DNA of 64,000 nt from Chiloscyllium plagiosum (Eukaryota), in contig NC_057718.1 in NCBI RefSeq assembly GCF_004010195.1, forward strand, positions 82,338,458-82,402,457, given 5' to 3'. Below are positions 63,041-64,000 of this stretch, in pieces; position 1 is the stretch's first letter, and the number at the start of each line of letters is the position of its first letter. The position numbers were made by a program, and so were the translations under genes. The notes under the pieces are model-generated. The model made no database searches. It had not been told where the DNA came from and saw nothing but the letters and a program-made list of their open reading frames with translations.

Positions 63041-63664
63041 TTCAATTCGACCTGACATCTGCTTTCCAGAATGGGGAACAAATTCAGCAGCTTTGCTAAA
63101 AAAAAAATCAAGTGTAACCAAATTTGTTTTGCATTTGTTGGGAGAACAGTGTGTCAATCAGGACAATGTGGTTGATTTGGCACTCAGAAACTTCCGGAAA
63201 AATATTTAATAAAATACCAGACAAAAGAAGTTAAGACTCTCAAAATAAAAAGGGATAGCACGGATTGGATGTTGGCTGAGTGGCATGGAGTTGAGAGAAG
63301 TGATGAATGGTTGTTTTGGATTGGAGGATATTATGTAGTAGTGCTCCCCAGAGGTCTTTACTAAAACCATTTCCTCTCTTGGTGTGTATTTATGACTTAG
63401 ACTTGTACGTAGGGTTAAGAGTACTGTTTGTCTTGTTCGGTTCCGAACTCTGCTGGTTTAAGGGTGGTCCGGAGCCCGTGTGGGATGAGTTGGTAACGGA
63501 GGCAGGCTTGTATGTGCAGTACACAATTTCAAACTTTTCAGGTGACGCAAAACTTGGGAGTAATGTCAAATAGACAATGGTAGATTTCAAGAGACATATA
63601 CAGGCTGGTGAAATGAAAGATGGAATTAATGTGAAGAAGTGTGAAATAATCTTGGAACTGCTAC

Positions 63665-64000
63665 AGTGAGGAAGTAGGCTACTCAGCCCCTGGAGTGCAT
63701 ACCAACCTTCCAAAAAGCATTCCACCCAGACCCACCCTACCACCTACCCTCTCCCTGTAACTCTGCATTTCCCATGGCTAATCCACCTAGCCTACACATT
63801 CCTGGATGTTATGGACAATTTAGCATGGCCAATCCACTTAACCTGCGTATCTTTGGATTGTGGGAGGAAAACAGAGCATCCAGAGGAAACCCACGCAGAC
63901 GTGGGGAGAATGTGCAAACTCCACACAGATAGTCACCCAAGGGTGGAATCAAACCCAGGTCACTGGCGTTGTGAAGTGGCAGTTTTAACCACTAAGCCAC
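63665..64000 (-). mobile_element. HE1/V-SINE-type SINE, running off the window end
   Basis: Minus strand reads gtggcttagtggttaaaactgccacttcacaacgccagtgacctgggtttgattcc...gtggagtttgcacattctcccc. Confidence 0.85.

Noticed and set aside
1..64000. CRISPR arrays, operons or other prokaryotic systems
   Set aside because: The sequence is eukaryotic, with a spliced gene and vertebrate retroelements. No regularly spaced repeat-spacer array was seen.

Overview
Vertebrate genomic DNA, most likely a shark or other cartilaginous fish. This is inferred from HE1/V-SINE-type and Deu-type SINEs plus dense CR1 and Penelope repeats. The only host gene I can support is the 3' part of a sorting nexin 5-like (SNX5/6/32 family) gene on the + strand. 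It has eight GT-AG coding exons (8064-24756) that splice in frame into 233 aa of PX-BAR linker and BAR domain, with a probable 3'UTR to about 26220. The rest is mostly decayed retroelements: many CR1 LINEs (two long copies with SGNH-esterase ORF1), Penelope-like elements (PLEs), Tx1/L1-like fragments, a Gmr1-like Gypsy gag with SCAN and CCHC remnants, a probable solo LTR and several SINEs. The most notable hidden structure is about 15 PLE terminal-repeat copies carrying minimal hammerhead-ribozyme motifs (CUGAnGA-helix II-GAAACGUH). Many are 90-240 bp solo or palindromic mini-elements with 9-15 bp target-site duplications (TSDs). One carries a compensatory U3-A8 core variant, and element ends and fold-back hinges cluster at the ribozyme. 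Also notable are a tRNA-headed LINE with its own SINE-like deletion derivative, a nested TE stack, and a 146-bp inverted templated insertion. All family assignments come from recognised motifs; no database searches were run.
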